Assembly (NCBI GenBank): GCA_963844715.1
Contig: CAWJPJ010000007.1
Location: 1,184,001 to 1,248,000 of the forward strand
Length of the DNA stretch: 64,000 bases
Direction: 5' to 3'
Origin: an uncultured Phycisphaerales bacterium
GTDB taxonomy: Bacteria; Planctomycetota; Phycisphaerae; Tepidisphaerales; Tepidisphaeraceae
Shown here: piece by piece, positions 11,703-22,697 of the stretch
How the letters are laid out: each line of letters begins with the position of its first letter
How positions within the stretch are numbered: the stretch's first letter is position 1
Position numbers and translations under genes: made by a program
The notes under the pieces: model-generated
Told to the model about the DNA's origin: nothing
Database searches by the model: none
What the model saw: only the letters and a program-made list of their open reading frames with translations

Positions 11703-12157
11703 TCTGCGTCGTTCAGCGCGTGACCGAAGCCGCCGTCCTTGTCGAAGGGCAAACCATCGGCCAAATCGCTCGCGGGACGGCGGTCCTTCTAGCAATCCAT
11801 CAAACCGATACCGACCCCGACGTCGCCTGGATGTGCCAAAAACTCGCCGGCCTGCGAATCTTCCCCAACGGCGATCGCAATTTCGATCTCGACGTCTCGC
11901 AAATCGGCGGCTCCATTTTGCTCATCAGCAATTTCACAGTAGCCGCCGACGCTCAAAAGGGCCGCCGGCCTTCCCTCGCCGCCGCCGCGGAGCCCGCCGC
12001 CGCAAACGTGCTCTTCGAAAAACTTGTCCAGTCTCTTCACGAAGCGAAAATAAACGTCCAGACCGGGCAATTCGGGGCAAATATGCAAGTCAAACTCACC
12101 AACGACGGCCCGGTGACGTTTCTTCTCGATAGCCGCCCCGAGCGGGGGGACCGGTGA
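11699..12157 (+). CDS. dtd: D-aminoacyl-tRNA deacylase
   Basis: VVQRV, LRIF, SNFT, KGRRPS, GQFGANMQV.L.NDGPVT. Confidence 0.95.
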   Translation: MICVVQRVTEAAVLVEGQTIGQIARGTAVLLAIHQTDTDPDVAWMCQKLAGLRIFPNGDRNFDLDVSQIGGSILLISNFTVAADAQKGRRPSLAAAAEPAAANVLFEKLVQSLHEAKINVQTGQFGANMQVKLTNDGPVTFLLDSRPERGDR

Positions 12158-13128
12158 TCTATCTCACGCCCGCAAAGATGGATTTCCAAAGCGAACGCAC
12201 CCTCGAGCGCCTTCTGCGCGATCTCGGCGAAGAATTTTCAATCACCCAATCGACGGTCGTCAATCCAATTTCCACGGCCTCGAAATTGTGGCATCACCCG
12301 CCTTCACAACCCGTCCACGCCTGGGGCGAATCCGCCTTGAAAGCCGCCGCTGTGTGCGGAATTAACCGCGTTATCTACTCGCCCCCGCCGGAAATTCACC
12401 TGCCGTTTAAATTCTCCCTGCGCATGGCCCTATGGCAGCAATCGGTTCACGTCGTTTGCCCGACGGAAGCCGCGCGTGAACTGTTCATTGAGCAGGGCAC
12501 GCCAGGCAATCGTTGCAGCGTCATCCGGCCCGAGATTGATTCCGATAGAAATCCCGCCGCCCGCGACGAAAAACTTCGGCAAGAGTTGGGATTCGAAAAT
12601 GCGGATTTCGTGACGCTATTATGCGGTGAATCAACCACCGAAAGCGAGCACCGAACCGGCGCCTGGGCCGTCAGTGTCCTCCACGTCATCGATCCGCGCT
12701 ATCGCTTGCTTGCATGGGGGCGCGGCTCGCAAACCACATCGCTCATTCGCTTCGGCGAGCGATTGGAACAACCAAAGCTTGTGACTCTGGCGCAACAAAA
12801 ACTCGCCCGAGCCGTCGAATGGGAGGAACTGGTCTCTGTTGCCGATGCGATCTTAATCCCCGGCGGGGGCCTCATCGCTACGCTTCCGATCAGCATCTGT
12901 CAGGCTTCTGGCGTCCCAATTGTCGCCCGCGCCGGACCCACAACCTCCGAGATCCTCGCTAACAATCCCAATACATCACTCGTGCCCGACGCAACGCCAA
13001 AAACCCTCGCGCAAGCCCTCTTGAAAATTTCCGAAAATGGAACCGCCCGAAAAAACGCCGCTGCGGAACATTCATCGCGATCGACAACCGATCAATGGCG
13101 TGACCTCTATCGCCGCCTCGGCGCCTGA
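12154..13128 (+). CDS. GT-B/GT4-like glycosyltransferase (divergent)
   Basis: LRQELG, ADAILIP, ASGVPIVA, LVP..TPKTLAQAL C-terminal pattern. Confidence 0.55.
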   Translation: MIYLTPAKMDFQSERTLERLLRDLGEEFSITQSTVVNPISTASKLWHHPPSQPVHAWGESALKAAAVCGINRVIYSPPPEIHLPFKFSLRMALWQQSVHVVCPTEAARELFIEQGTPGNRCSVIRPEIDSDRNPAARDEKLRQELGFENADFVTLLCGESTTESEHRTGAWAVSVLHVIDPRYRLLAWGRGSQTTSLIRFGERLEQPKLVTLAQQKLARAVEWEELVSVADAILIPGGGLIATLPISICQASGVPIVARAGPTTSEILANNPNTSLVPDATPKTLAQALLKISENGTARKNAAAEHSSRSTTDQWRDLYRRLGA

Positions 13129-14631
13129 TCAGAATCTCCGATCCAGCAGCCGATATTGCACCGCTTCGGCGACGTGAGTCTCGTTAATCTGCCCCATCCC
13201 TTCCAGATCGGCGATCGTTCGCGCCACGCGCCTCACCTTGTCGTACGCCCGCGCGCTCAACCCCATTTCCGCCATCGCCTGTTTCATCAAAAGCAGGCAC
13301 CCCTCGCTCAATTCGCAGTGCGCCTTGAGCTGCTTTGAATTCATGCTCGCGTTGGTCGTCGCGTTGCCAAATCGTTTGACCTGGATTTTCCGTGCCGCTT
13401 CCACCCGCCCGCGCATCGTCGCCGAATCCGTTCCGGAATGCCGCCCGGTCAGCTCCGGATACGGAACCGTCGGGACTTCCGTATGAATATCGATGCGATC
13501 GAGCAGCGGACCACTCAATTTGTCCAGATATCGGTCCCGCGCCCGCGGATTGTCGGAGGCATATCCGCTGGCCGTCGGATTCATGGCCGCCACCAGCATA
13601 AATCGCGACGGAAAGCGCACCGACGCATGCACCCGCGCCACGGTAACCTCCCCGTTTTCCAGCGGCTGCCGCAGCGTCTCCAGGACATATCGTGAAAATT
13701 CCGGCAATTCGTCCAGGAACAGAATCCTGTGATGCGCCAGCGAAACCTCGCCCGGCCGGGGAACGGTTCCCCCGCCGATCAGCGCCTGCGCCGTCGCCGA
13801 ATGATGCGGCATACGCACCGGCCGCTCATCCAGCAGCGAAACTCCATCCGGCAATAATCCCAGCGCCGAATAAATCCGCGTAGTTTCCAGCGATTCTTCC
13901 CGGCTCAACGGCGGCAGAATCCCCGCCATGCGCTTCGCCAGCATCGTCTTCCCGGTCCCCGGCGGCCCTATCATCAACAAATTGTGCCCGCCCGCCGCCG
14001 CTACCGTCACCGCGCGCTTCACCGATTCCTGCCCCCGCACGTCCGCGAAATCCAGATCCGAATCCTCCCCAAACCCGCGCCTTCTCTCTCCATTCAACAC
14101 AAACGGCGGCAGTGGAAGCTGCTCATTCAAAAACGACACCACCTGAGACAGCGAAGACATCGCATACACATCGATCCCGTCCACCACCGCCGCCTCCGGC
14201 CCATTCTCCTCCGGCAGAATCACCCCCTCGAATCCCTTCTGCCGGGCCAACATTGCCATCGATAGCGCCCCTTTCACCTTCCGGAGCCGTCCGTCCAGTG
14301 CCAATTCCCCGGCGATCAAAAACCGCTTGTGCTTATCCTCGGAAATGAAATTCGTCCCCCGCAAAATCCCCACCGCCATCGGAAGGTCCAGCGCCGGCCC
14401 TTCTTTCTTCACGTCCGCTGGCGCAAGATTGATCAGCAGCGCATGCCCCGGAAACGCGTACCCCGAATTCAGAATCGCCCGCCGCACGCGCTCGACCGAT
14501 TCCTTCACCGCCGTCTGCGGCAACCCCACCAACGTCGTCTTGGCAAGCCCGTGATGGCTGACATCCACCTCGACTTCGCATCGCAGCGCGTCGATCCCCA
14601 CCAGCACGAATGAATTGATCTTTGCCAGCAC
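13129..14631 (-). CDS. comM: YifB/ComM Mg-chelatase-like AAA+ ATPase
   Basis: LINLAPADVKKEG..LDLP, GPPGTGKT, PHHSAT, PGEVSLAH, LFLDELPEF, SGPLLDRID; GTG start inferred. Confidence 0.92.
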   Translation of the reverse strand: MLAKINSFVLVGIDALRCEVEVDVSHHGLAKTTLVGLPQTAVKESVERVRRAILNSGYAFPGHALLINLAPADVKKEGPALDLPMAVGILRGTNFISEDKHKRFLIAGELALDGRLRKVKGALSMAMLARQKGFEGVILPEENGPEAAVVDGIDVYAMSSLSQVVSFLNEQLPLPPFVLNGERRRGFGEDSDLDFADVRGQESVKRAVTVAAAGGHNLLMIGPPGTGKTMLAKRMAGILPPLSREESLETTRIYSALGLLPDGVSLLDERPVRMPHHSATAQALIGGGTVPRPGEVSLAHHRILFLDELPEFSRYVLETLRQPLENGEVTVARVHASVRFPSRFMLVAAMNPTASGYASDNPRARDRYLDKLSGPLLDRIDIHTEVPTVPYPELTGRHSGTDSATMRGRVEAARKIQVKRFGNATTNASMNSKQLKAHCELSEGCLLLMKQAMAEMGLSARAYDKVRRVARTIADLEGMGQINETHVAEAVQYRLLDRRF

Positions 14632-14756
14632 CGCGGCAAAGTCTACCATCGTCGGCATCCGTGCCGCAAAAAGTGCCCGCGCCGCGCTTCGTTCGCCGGG
14701 CGTTTGCCCCGCCGCGCGTAAACGGTATAATTCCGCCATGGTTGTAAAAGTCTCCA

Positions 14757-15839
14757 ATGATCCGCTCACTTCCGCGCTCCTGCCCGCGCCCGGCCGCAAA
14801 CGTCGCCGCCAAGCTCAAAAACGCCCTCCGGGTCGGATTGTGTGGAATTGGCCGCTCCGGCGCGGGAATGGTCGCTCGCGATCTTGCCATGCTTCCCCAG
14901 ATTAAAGTCGTCGCCGGTTTCGATCTCATTGAAGATCGCGCCCGCCAGCTCTCGGCCCTATGCGGCTCGAAGGTCTACACCTCCTTCGACGCAATGCTCG
15001 AGGACAATGACATCGAACTGATCATCGTCGCCACGCGTTCCCACGAACATGTCCCCATGGCCCTCCGCGCTCTACGCGCCGGACGCGACGTCCTGGTCGA
15101 AAAGCCCATGGCGCTCGACGTGGCGGGCGCCGATAAGCTCATCGCCGCCGCAAAATCGAGCGGAAGAAAATTGTTTGTCCGCCACAATCGCCGCTTCGAC
15201 GTCCCATTTCTCCAGGCCAGGGAAATCGTCGCCGGCGGAAAACTCGGGAAACTTTTTGCCGTCCAGTTACGCCAGGGAAAATTTCAGCGCCGCGCCGATT
15301 GGCAGACCCTGAAAAAATTTGGTGGCGGCCAGCTTCTCAATTGGGGCCCGCACGTGGTCGATTGGGCCTTGCAACTCATTGGCGGAACCGCCGTGGACGT
15401 CTGGACCGATCTAAAGCTCGTCGCCGCGGCCGGCGACGCCGAAGATTACGTCAAACTCCTTCTCCGCGGCCCGACCGGAATCACCGCCGACATCGAAATC
15501 AACGGCGCTGCCGCTCTCGACCAGCCGCCGTGGCTGCTGATGGGATCCCGCGGCTCCCTCCAGATCGACGCCAAAAATCACTGCAAGTTGCGATATTTCA
15601 ACGCGAAAAAACTCGCCAAAGTCAAAGCCGACGGCGCCACGCCCACCGCCCGCGCCGGCTCCCATTTCGACGGCGGCGAGCAAATCCCCTGGATCGAGGA
15701 AGAATTCCCCGCCGCCCCAACTCGCAAGATCAATTTTTGGGTCGAACTCTATAAATCGATCCGTCGCGGTACGCCGTTTCCCGTCTCCCTGGATCAAGCG
15801 CGCGAAACCATGCGCGTCATCTCACTGGCCAAGAAGTAA
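14757..15839 (+). CDS. Gfo/Idh/MocA oxidoreductase
   Basis: GLCGIGRSG Rossmann motif, VLVEKPMA, HNRRFD, GGGQLLNWGPH. Confidence 0.9.
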   Translation: MIRSLPRSCPRPAANVAAKLKNALRVGLCGIGRSGAGMVARDLAMLPQIKVVAGFDLIEDRARQLSALCGSKVYTSFDAMLEDNDIELIIVATRSHEHVPMALRALRAGRDVLVEKPMALDVAGADKLIAAAKSSGRKLFVRHNRRFDVPFLQAREIVAGGKLGKLFAVQLRQGKFQRRADWQTLKKFGGGQLLNWGPHVVDWALQLIGGTAVDVWTDLKLVAAAGDAEDYVKLLLRGPTGITADIEINGAAALDQPPWLLMGSRGSLQIDAKNHCKLRYFNAKKLAKVKADGATPTARAGSHFDGGEQIPWIEEEFPAAPTRKINFWVELYKSIRRGTPFPVSLDQARETMRVISLAKK

Positions 15840-18800
15840 TGGAGTCAACTCAACAGTTATTCGATTCCGCCCTGAACCTTCATCAGGCGGGTAAATTGCA
15901 GGAGGCGGAGGAGCTCTACCGCCGCATACTCGCCGCCTCGCCCGATGACGCCGACGTCCTGGAACTCCTCGGCATGGTCAACTTTCAGCTCGGCCGCAGG
16001 GAGGCCGCCCTCGATCTCCTCCAAAAATCCGCCGCTCTCAATCCCGACGCCCCCGATTGTCATTACCACCTCGGCATGGTTCTCAATGACCTGGGCCGCA
16101 CCGACGCCGCCATCGAAGCCTTCCGCCAGGCGACCGTTCTCAAGCCGGATTTTGCCGAGGCGTATCACCACCTCGGCCTGATCTACCGCGAAAAAAAATC
16201 AGCTCGATCTCTCCGAACGCCACTTTCACCTCGCCCTGGCGCTCAATCCGGAATATGTCGAAGCGCACAACAATCTGGCCACCGTTTTAAAATCCCGCGG
16301 CAAGCTCGACGAAGCCGTCGCCGCCTATCGGCAGGCCCTGGCCCTCCGCCCCGATCTGGCGGACGTTCATTCCAATCTCGGCAACGCCCTCAGCGCCCAG
16401 GGTAAACTCGAAGAAGCGATCGACGCCTATCGTCAGTCTCTTTCCATAAAAGCCGATAATCCCGAGATCTCCAACAAGCTGGGATTGGCGCTCATCGCAC
16501 TGAATCGCCCTCGCGAAGCCGCCGTCGCGTATCGCCGGGCGCTGGCCGACCTTCCCGACAATCCCAGCCTGCGAAACAACCTCGGCAATGCCCTCCTCAT
16601 GCAAAGCGAGCTGACCGAAGCCGTCAGCAATTTCCGCAAGGCCGTCGACGCCGACCCAAAATTCTTTCTCGCCTTTAACAATCTCGGCAACGCCCTCAAA
16701 GACCTCGGCCAGATTCCCCAGTCCATCGCCGCCTACGAGCATGCTCTCTCGCTTCGCAACGACCCTTACTTTTACTGCAACATTCTTTACACGCTTCATC
16801 TTCTTTCCCCCTACAACGCCGATGCGATCTTCCACCGCCACCAGGAGTGGAACCGCCGCTATAGCCAGACCCTCGTCGGAGAGATTTTGCCCCCGACCAA
16901 CGACCGCGACCCAAACCGCCGCCTGAAAATCGGCTATGTCTCCTCCGATTTCCGCCTCCATTCGGTGGCGTTCTTTCTTGAAAACCTCCTCGATTACCAC
17001 GATCCCCAGCAAGTCGAAGTCTTCGCCTACGCGGACGTCGGTCAGCCGGACGCCGTGACGCGAAGATTGCAGCAGTCGATCCATCAGTGGCGATCAATCT
17101 ATGGCAAGAGCGACGTCGAAGTCGCGCGGATGATCCGGCAGGACCAGATCGATATCCTCGTGGACCTCGCAGGCCACACGGCAGGCAACCGACTTCTGGT
17201 CTTCGCCCGCAAACCCGCCCCGGTTCAAATCACCTACCTCGGCTACCCGGATACGACGGGTCTGACGGCTATCGATTATCGAATGACGGACATCTACGCC
17301 GATCCCCTGGGTCAGACGGAGAAGTATCACAGCGAAAAGCTATTGAGATTGCCCCGGACCTTTGCCTGCTACCGCCCGCCAGCGGAGGCGACGGAAGTCT
17401 CGCCTCTGCCCGCGGTAACTTATGGCCGAGTCACGTTCGCCTGTTTCACGACATTGGGAAAACTTCCCCCCAATCTTCTGGATTGCTGGGCGGAGATTCT
17501 GATTCAGGTTCCGACATCGCGCCTGCTCATCGCGGCCGGTGGATTGCAATCAAACGATCTCCAAAGAGAGATTCGAAGCCACTTCGAAAGGAGGGGAATC
17601 GATCCGACTCGGCTCGATTTGATGGGCAAGCGTCCCCTGTCGGAATACTTCTCCCTGCATCATCAAGTGGACATTTATTTGGATACGTTTCCTGTGAACG
17701 GGCATACGGTGACGTGCCATGCTCTTTGGATGGGATTGCCGGTGGTGACCCTCGCCGGATCGGTGCATTGTCAAAGATTGGGGGCAAGTGTTCTAAGCAA
17801 TCTTGGGAGGGGGGAACTGATTGCCAAGAGTCCGCAGGAGTACGTCCAGATCGCCGCAAGCTTGGCGGGAGATGTTCCGAAGCTCAAAGCGATGAGATCG
17901 AATCTACGAGAAAAGATGAAATCCAGTCCGATTTTGGACGCGGCTCAATTTGCCCGGGATGTGGAGGGGGCATATCGGGAAATTTGGAAGAATTGGTGCG
18001 CATCGCCGCAGCCCACGGAAGAGGAACTCGCCTATCGGCGCGCACTCTCGCAAAACCCAAATTCACCCGAAGCGCACACCAATCTTGGCGTCGTATTTCA
18101 CGGACAAGGCCGCTGGGCCGACGCCATCGCCGAGCATGAGCAGGCCATCGCGATCCGCCCGGAATTTCCCGAGGCCCATTTTAATCTCGGCGCCGCCCTC
18201 AAGGCCGCCGGAAGCTTGGACGAAGCCATCGCCGCCTACCGCCGGTGCCTCACGCTTCAGCCCCAGCACACCGCCGCGATGAACAACCTGGCCAACGCCC
18301 TCCGCGACATCGGCCAGCTCGATGAAGCCCTATCCTTCTACAAAAAAGCTTCCGACGCCGCCCCCGAATACGACGCCCCTGCCACAAATCGCCTCTACAC
18401 CCTTTATTTTCATTCCAATTACGACGCAGCCGCCATCCTCAAGGAGCACCAGGAGTGGAGCCGCCGCCGCGCCGCCCCCTTTGCATCGAAAATCCAACCC
18501 CACACCAGCGACCTCTCTCCCGATCGGCGAATTCGCCTCGGCTACGTCTCCCCCGATTTTCGCGATCACCCCGTCGGCCTCGCTTTGGAGCCCTTGCTGG
18601 AAAATCACGATCACAATAACTTCGAAATCGTCTGTTTCGCCAATTCCGACGTGGACGACGACGTGACGCGACGCCTCCGCTCCCATGCCGATCGCTGGCA
18701 TCGGGTCTTCCAATTATCCGACGACCAGGTTGCCGACCTCATCCGCCACGAGCAGATCGACATGTTGTTCGATCTTTCCCTTCACATGGCTCACAACCGT

Positions 18801-19610
18801 TTGCTCACATTCGCGCAGAAGCCTGCCCCCGTCCAGGTGACCTATCTCGGCTATCCCGGCACCACAGGTTTGCCGACGATCGACTGCCGCATCAGCGACC
18901 CCTATCTCGATCCGCCCGGCTCCGACACGGCTTACTCCGAGCGCACAGTTCGCCTCCCGCACACATACATCTGCTGGCGCTGGAGCGGCGGCAACGAGCC
19001 CCTTTCATCCCTCCCGGCGGCGAAGAACGGTTTTATCACCTTCGGCAGTCTCAACACCTTCTGCAAAGTCACGCCTCACGCCCTCGAAACCTGGGGCAAA
19101 TTGATGAACGAAGTGAAGGATTCCCGCCTCCTTCTTCGCTGCCCGCCGGGCCAGGCCGCAAAGTGGGTTCTTCAGACCCTGTCAAAATTCGGCATCTCGG
19201 AAAGCCGCATCGAATTATCCGGCCGACTCCCCTGGGATCAGTACGTCGCCCTTTGCAAACGCCAGGACATCGGCCTCGATCCCTTCCCCTACCCCGGCCA
19301 CACCACCAGTCTCGATTCCCTCTGGCTCGGCGTCCCGTTCGTCACCCTTCGCGGCGACAACGCCGTCGCCCGGGGCGGGGCAAGTATTTTGTCCAATCTC
19401 GGTCTTTTTGATTTGATCGCCAATACCCCCGACGAGTACATTCAAATCGCGCGCAACCTGGCGGCGGATTTACCGCGACTGGCGGAACTGCGGTCCGGAC
19501 TTCGAAATCGCGTGGAGCAATCGCCCCTGACCAATGCACGGCAATTCGCCCGCGATTTTGAATCCGCCTGCCGGGAAATCTGGCAAGCTGCGTGCCGGCG
19601 GCCCGAGTGA
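15839..19610 (+). CDS. TPR + tandem GT41 (SPINDLY/OGT-like) glycosyltransferase; frameshift at the A-run near 16190
   Basis: Multiple TPRs; two copies of R.xIGYVSxDFRxH, PAPVQxTYLGYPxTTG and LDxFPx motifs. Confidence 0.88.
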
Positions 19611-19641
19611 TACGATTCCCCCCGTTTGGCAAAGGAGTGCC

Positions 19642-20508
19642 ATGCCCGGCGAAACCGATTTACACAAAAAGCTGAAGAAGGAAGCCTGCCGCTGGCTTTT
19701 CCGGATGGGATATCGCTGCATCGCCGCCGAGGTTCGCCTCGAGCCCCTGGGGATCATCGACGCCGTCGGCACCGGCGTCTTTCGCCCGAATTACAACTAT
19801 CTCGCCGTGAACCGCGCCCTTCCGCAGGTCTGCTTCGTCGAATGCAAAGCCAGCCGCGGCGATTTCCTGCGCGATCGCAGCCACGATGGCCAGATGCATC
19901 TCTGCATGATGGAGCGCCGCCGAAATCGCCGCGCAAAACGGCCATCCGCGGCTCTTTGCCAGTCCGTCGGATTGGGAAAATTCGCCTCCTGCCTCATGCA
20001 GCCGATGGCGAATCTCCACTACATCCTCGCCCCCGTGGGAATCATTCACAAAAAAGACCTTCCGCCCCGATGGGGTTTGCTCTGCTTTGGCGAAGGGGGA
20101 GTGAATATCGTCGTCAAAGCCCAATGGCAGGAGATTTCGCGGCCCGATTATGTCGAAGGCGCCATCGCCCGCACCCTCACGGGCGATATCTTCCGCGCCG
20201 ACGACCGCGCCGTGGCTTCCGTCAATCGCGAACTCTTCGCTCAGCAGATGGAACTGGCGCAGAAAATCCGCACCATCCGCCCCCGCGCCATCTGGGCGCC
20301 CCAGGGCGACCGCCCGGGATTCTCAAATCCCCCTCCGCGCGATCAAGCCGAGTTGCACAGCACCCGTAATGCTCGGCGATCGCCGCGTCCACCTGCCGGG
20401 CATCGGCGCGGACGAAGCGGACTTCCATCTGCAACCGCAGCGAAACCTCCATGTCCGGCGGGATCGCCGATCCGTCGGCGATCGCCGCCACCACCTGATT
20501 GCCCATGA
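19642..20508 (+). CDS. PD-(D/E)XK nuclease-like protein, MmcB-like (3' end uncertain)
   Basis: AEV...IIDAVG...FVECKASRGDFLRD...HYILAP...DLPPRWGLL. Confidence 0.6.
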   Translation: MPGETDLHKKLKKEACRWLFRMGYRCIAAEVRLEPLGIIDAVGTGVFRPNYNYLAVNRALPQVCFVECKASRGDFLRDRSHDGQMHLCMMERRRNRRAKRPSAALCQSVGLGKFASCLMQPMANLHYILAPVGIIHKKDLPPRWGLLCFGEGGVNIVVKAQWQEISRPDYVEGAIARTLTGDIFRADDRAVASVNRELFAQQMELAQKIRTIRPRAIWAPQGDRPGFSNPPPRDQAELHSTRNARRSPRPPAGHRRGRSGLPSATAAKPPCPAGSPIRRRSPPPPDCP

Positions 20509-20806
20509 CCCGCAGCGGCACCAGGCGATACTGCACCGCCACCTCGCGCGGCACCCGCGCGACCGCCTGACTGTCCACACCGAACTCCGCAAGATTCACA
20601 TACGGCGCACGATGCCCGATCTGCTGGAACCACGCCCGCCAGACGTCCACCGGCGTGCACATCCCCAGCGAGATCGCCGTCTCGCCAAATCGCCGCGGAT
20701 GCAGCGTCTGCTCCTGGAGGATCTCCTCCACGTCCAGTTCCGACAGCCGCGCGATTTCTCGCAGCTTGGTTCCGATTCGTTCCACCGCCGTCTCACCTCC
20801 GGGCAC
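20222..20806 (-). CDS. Stand-alone MshEN/GSPII_N-like domain protein (true stop probably near 20343)
   Basis: RIGTKL...LSELDVEEILQEQ...RFGETAISLG tandem motif followed by VPREVAVQYRLVPL. Confidence 0.65.
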   Translation of the reverse strand: MPGGETAVERIGTKLREIARLSELDVEEILQEQTLHPRRFGETAISLGMCTPVDVWRAWFQQIGHRAPYVNLAEFGVDSQAVARVPREVAVQYRLVPLRVMGNQVVAAIADGSAIPPDMEVSLRLQMEVRFVRADARQVDAAIAEHYGCCATRLDRAEGDLRIPGGRPGAPRWRGGGWCGFSAPVPSAERRVRD

Positions 20807-20915
20807 TGATGACAGTTGCCGGACTCAAAGCTACGATTCATCCGGTTCGTCTCCAAAAAGCGATGCGATTTTTCGAGCCGCTCCGCGGTCAGGTCCGAGA
20901 AAATACGGGTTTCCA

Positions 20916-21679
20916 TTGCGTCTGGTGAGCTACAACATTCTCGATGGGGGCGTCGGCCGGGCCGATCCCCTCGCCGAGGTGATCGAAGCGCAAAACCCCG
21001 ACATTGTGGTACTCGTCGAGGCCGACGATCCCGCCGTGGTCGACCGCATCGCAAGCCGCTTGAAGATGGAATCCGTGCGCGCGGAGGGCCGCAAGCACGG
21101 CGGGGCGATTCTCAGCCGCTGGCGCATCTCCGAATCAATCAACTTTAGCCTGCTGCGCGATGAATTTGCCGATTGCGTTCTTGAGGCAACCGTCGTCGAT
21201 CCCACCGGAAATCCCTGGCCCGTGACAGCCGTCCATTTGCACCCTCGCGCCAGCCTCGAGGCCGAGGCCCGCCGAATGATCGAGATCAACGCTCTGCTCG
21301 AAATCTACGCTCCCTTTCGTGAGCGCAAACAACCGCACCTCCTGGCCGGCGATTTCAACGCGAATTCCCCGATCCAGAAAATCATTCCCGAGCAATGCAA
21401 GAAGCGAACCCGCGAAGAATTCAAAGCCAATGGCGGAATGATCCCGCGTGACTGCATCCAAAAGCTTCTCGATGCCGGCTACGTCGACACCCTCCATTCC
21501 GTCGCCGGCGACGCCGCCGGATCGATCGGCAGCTTCACCACCCAATTCCCCGGCCAGCGCATCGATTATATCTTCGCTTTCGGCATCGACCCGCGCGCAT
21601 CGCCCAAGCCAAAGTCGAGCGCGACCGCCTCGCCCAGTTTGCCAGCGATCACTTTCCCGTCTTCGTGCAAATCGACTGA
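20916..21679 (+). CDS. Endonuclease/exonuclease/phosphatase family protein (frameshift near 21600)
   Basis: SYNI, PDIVVLVE, VHL, LAGDFN, RIDYIF, and ASDHFP in the alternative frame. Confidence 0.85.
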
Positions 21680-21692
21680 CTACAATCCGCCG

Positions 21693-22616
21693 ATGCGCCT
21701 GTCATCCCTTCGAAATTTCATCCGGCAAAACCCCTCGACTCTGCGCCTGGCGGCGCATCTCGATCGCGGCCGCGGCGGCATGCGCTGGCTCGATGAATAT
21801 CCCGCTCCCGCCAAACCCCACGCCATCCCCGATCTCACCGGCTGGGAAAATCGAGACCTCTCCGCCGTCTGGATCGGCCACGCCACCGTCTTGCTCCGCA
21901 TCGGCGGCAAAACCATTCTCACCGACCCGGTCTTCTCCAATCGCGTCGGCCTCGGCCTTATGCTAGGAACCCTCGGCCCGCGACGGCGAATCGCCCCCGC
22001 TCTCTCGATCAAGAATCTTCCCCCGCTCGACTTGATCCTCATTTCACACGCCCATTTCGACCATCTCGATCGCCCCTCCCTCGCCCGCCTGGACAAAAAA
22101 ACGCCGATCATCACCGCGCCCCGCACCCAGGACCTCATGCGCGATCTCGGCTTCCGAAATATCAGCGAATTGCGCTGGGGCGAAAAAACCAATTTGGATG
22201 GGCTTACCATCACCGCGCGCGAAGTCGTGCATTGGGGGTCGCGCGTTATCCTCGATCAATATCGCGGATTTAACGCATACTTGCTCGAAGCCGGCGGCCG
22301 CCGTGTCCTCTTCGGCGGCGATTCCGCTTTTCATGAATTTTACAACGACATCGGCGGCGTCGATCTGGCGATCCTCGGCATCGGCGGATACGACCCCTAC
22401 ATCCGCGCTCACGCAAGTCCCGAGCAAGCCTGGGCCATGGCCAAACACGCCGGCGCCAAGTTCCTCCTCCCAATCCACCACACCACTTTTCGCCTCAGCC
22501 ATGAGCCCAATCACGACCCCATCCAGCGCCTCCTCCAGGCCGCGGGGCCCGAAGCAAACCGCATCGTCATCCGCGAAATCGGCCAGTCCTGGACATATGG
22601 CGGCATTTCCAGTTGA
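21693..22616 (+). CDS. MBL-fold metallo-hydrolase (NAPE-PLD/RomA-like)
   Basis: WIGHATVL, LTDPVFS, SHAHFDHLD, FGGDS, PIHH.TF. Confidence 0.88.
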   Translation: MRLSSLRNFIRQNPSTLRLAAHLDRGRGGMRWLDEYPAPAKPHAIPDLTGWENRDLSAVWIGHATVLLRIGGKTILTDPVFSNRVGLGLMLGTLGPRRRIAPALSIKNLPPLDLILISHAHFDHLDRPSLARLDKKTPIITAPRTQDLMRDLGFRNISELRWGEKTNLDGLTITAREVVHWGSRVILDQYRGFNAYLLEAGGRRVLFGGDSAFHEFYNDIGGVDLAILGIGGYDPYIRAHASPEQAWAMAKHAGAKFLLPIHHTTFRLSHEPNHDPIQRLLQAAGPEANRIVIREIGQSWTYGGISS

Positions 22617-22697
22617 CCGGTGCAAAACCTTGCGGATTTTGCATTGCACCGGCGCGTTAAATTCTGGAAGGCTAAAATTGAATCGGTGAGGTGATTT

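Noticed and set aside
20655..22616. Apparent EEP-MBL fusion protein (653 aa)
   Set aside because: The EEP terminal SDHFP motif and stop lie in another frame (ending 21679), so the fusion is a frameshift artefact.
22617..22652. Inverted repeat ccggtgcaa/ttgcaccgg after the MBL gene
   Set aside because: Short and single, with no U-tract; I cannot distinguish a terminator, an operator or chance.
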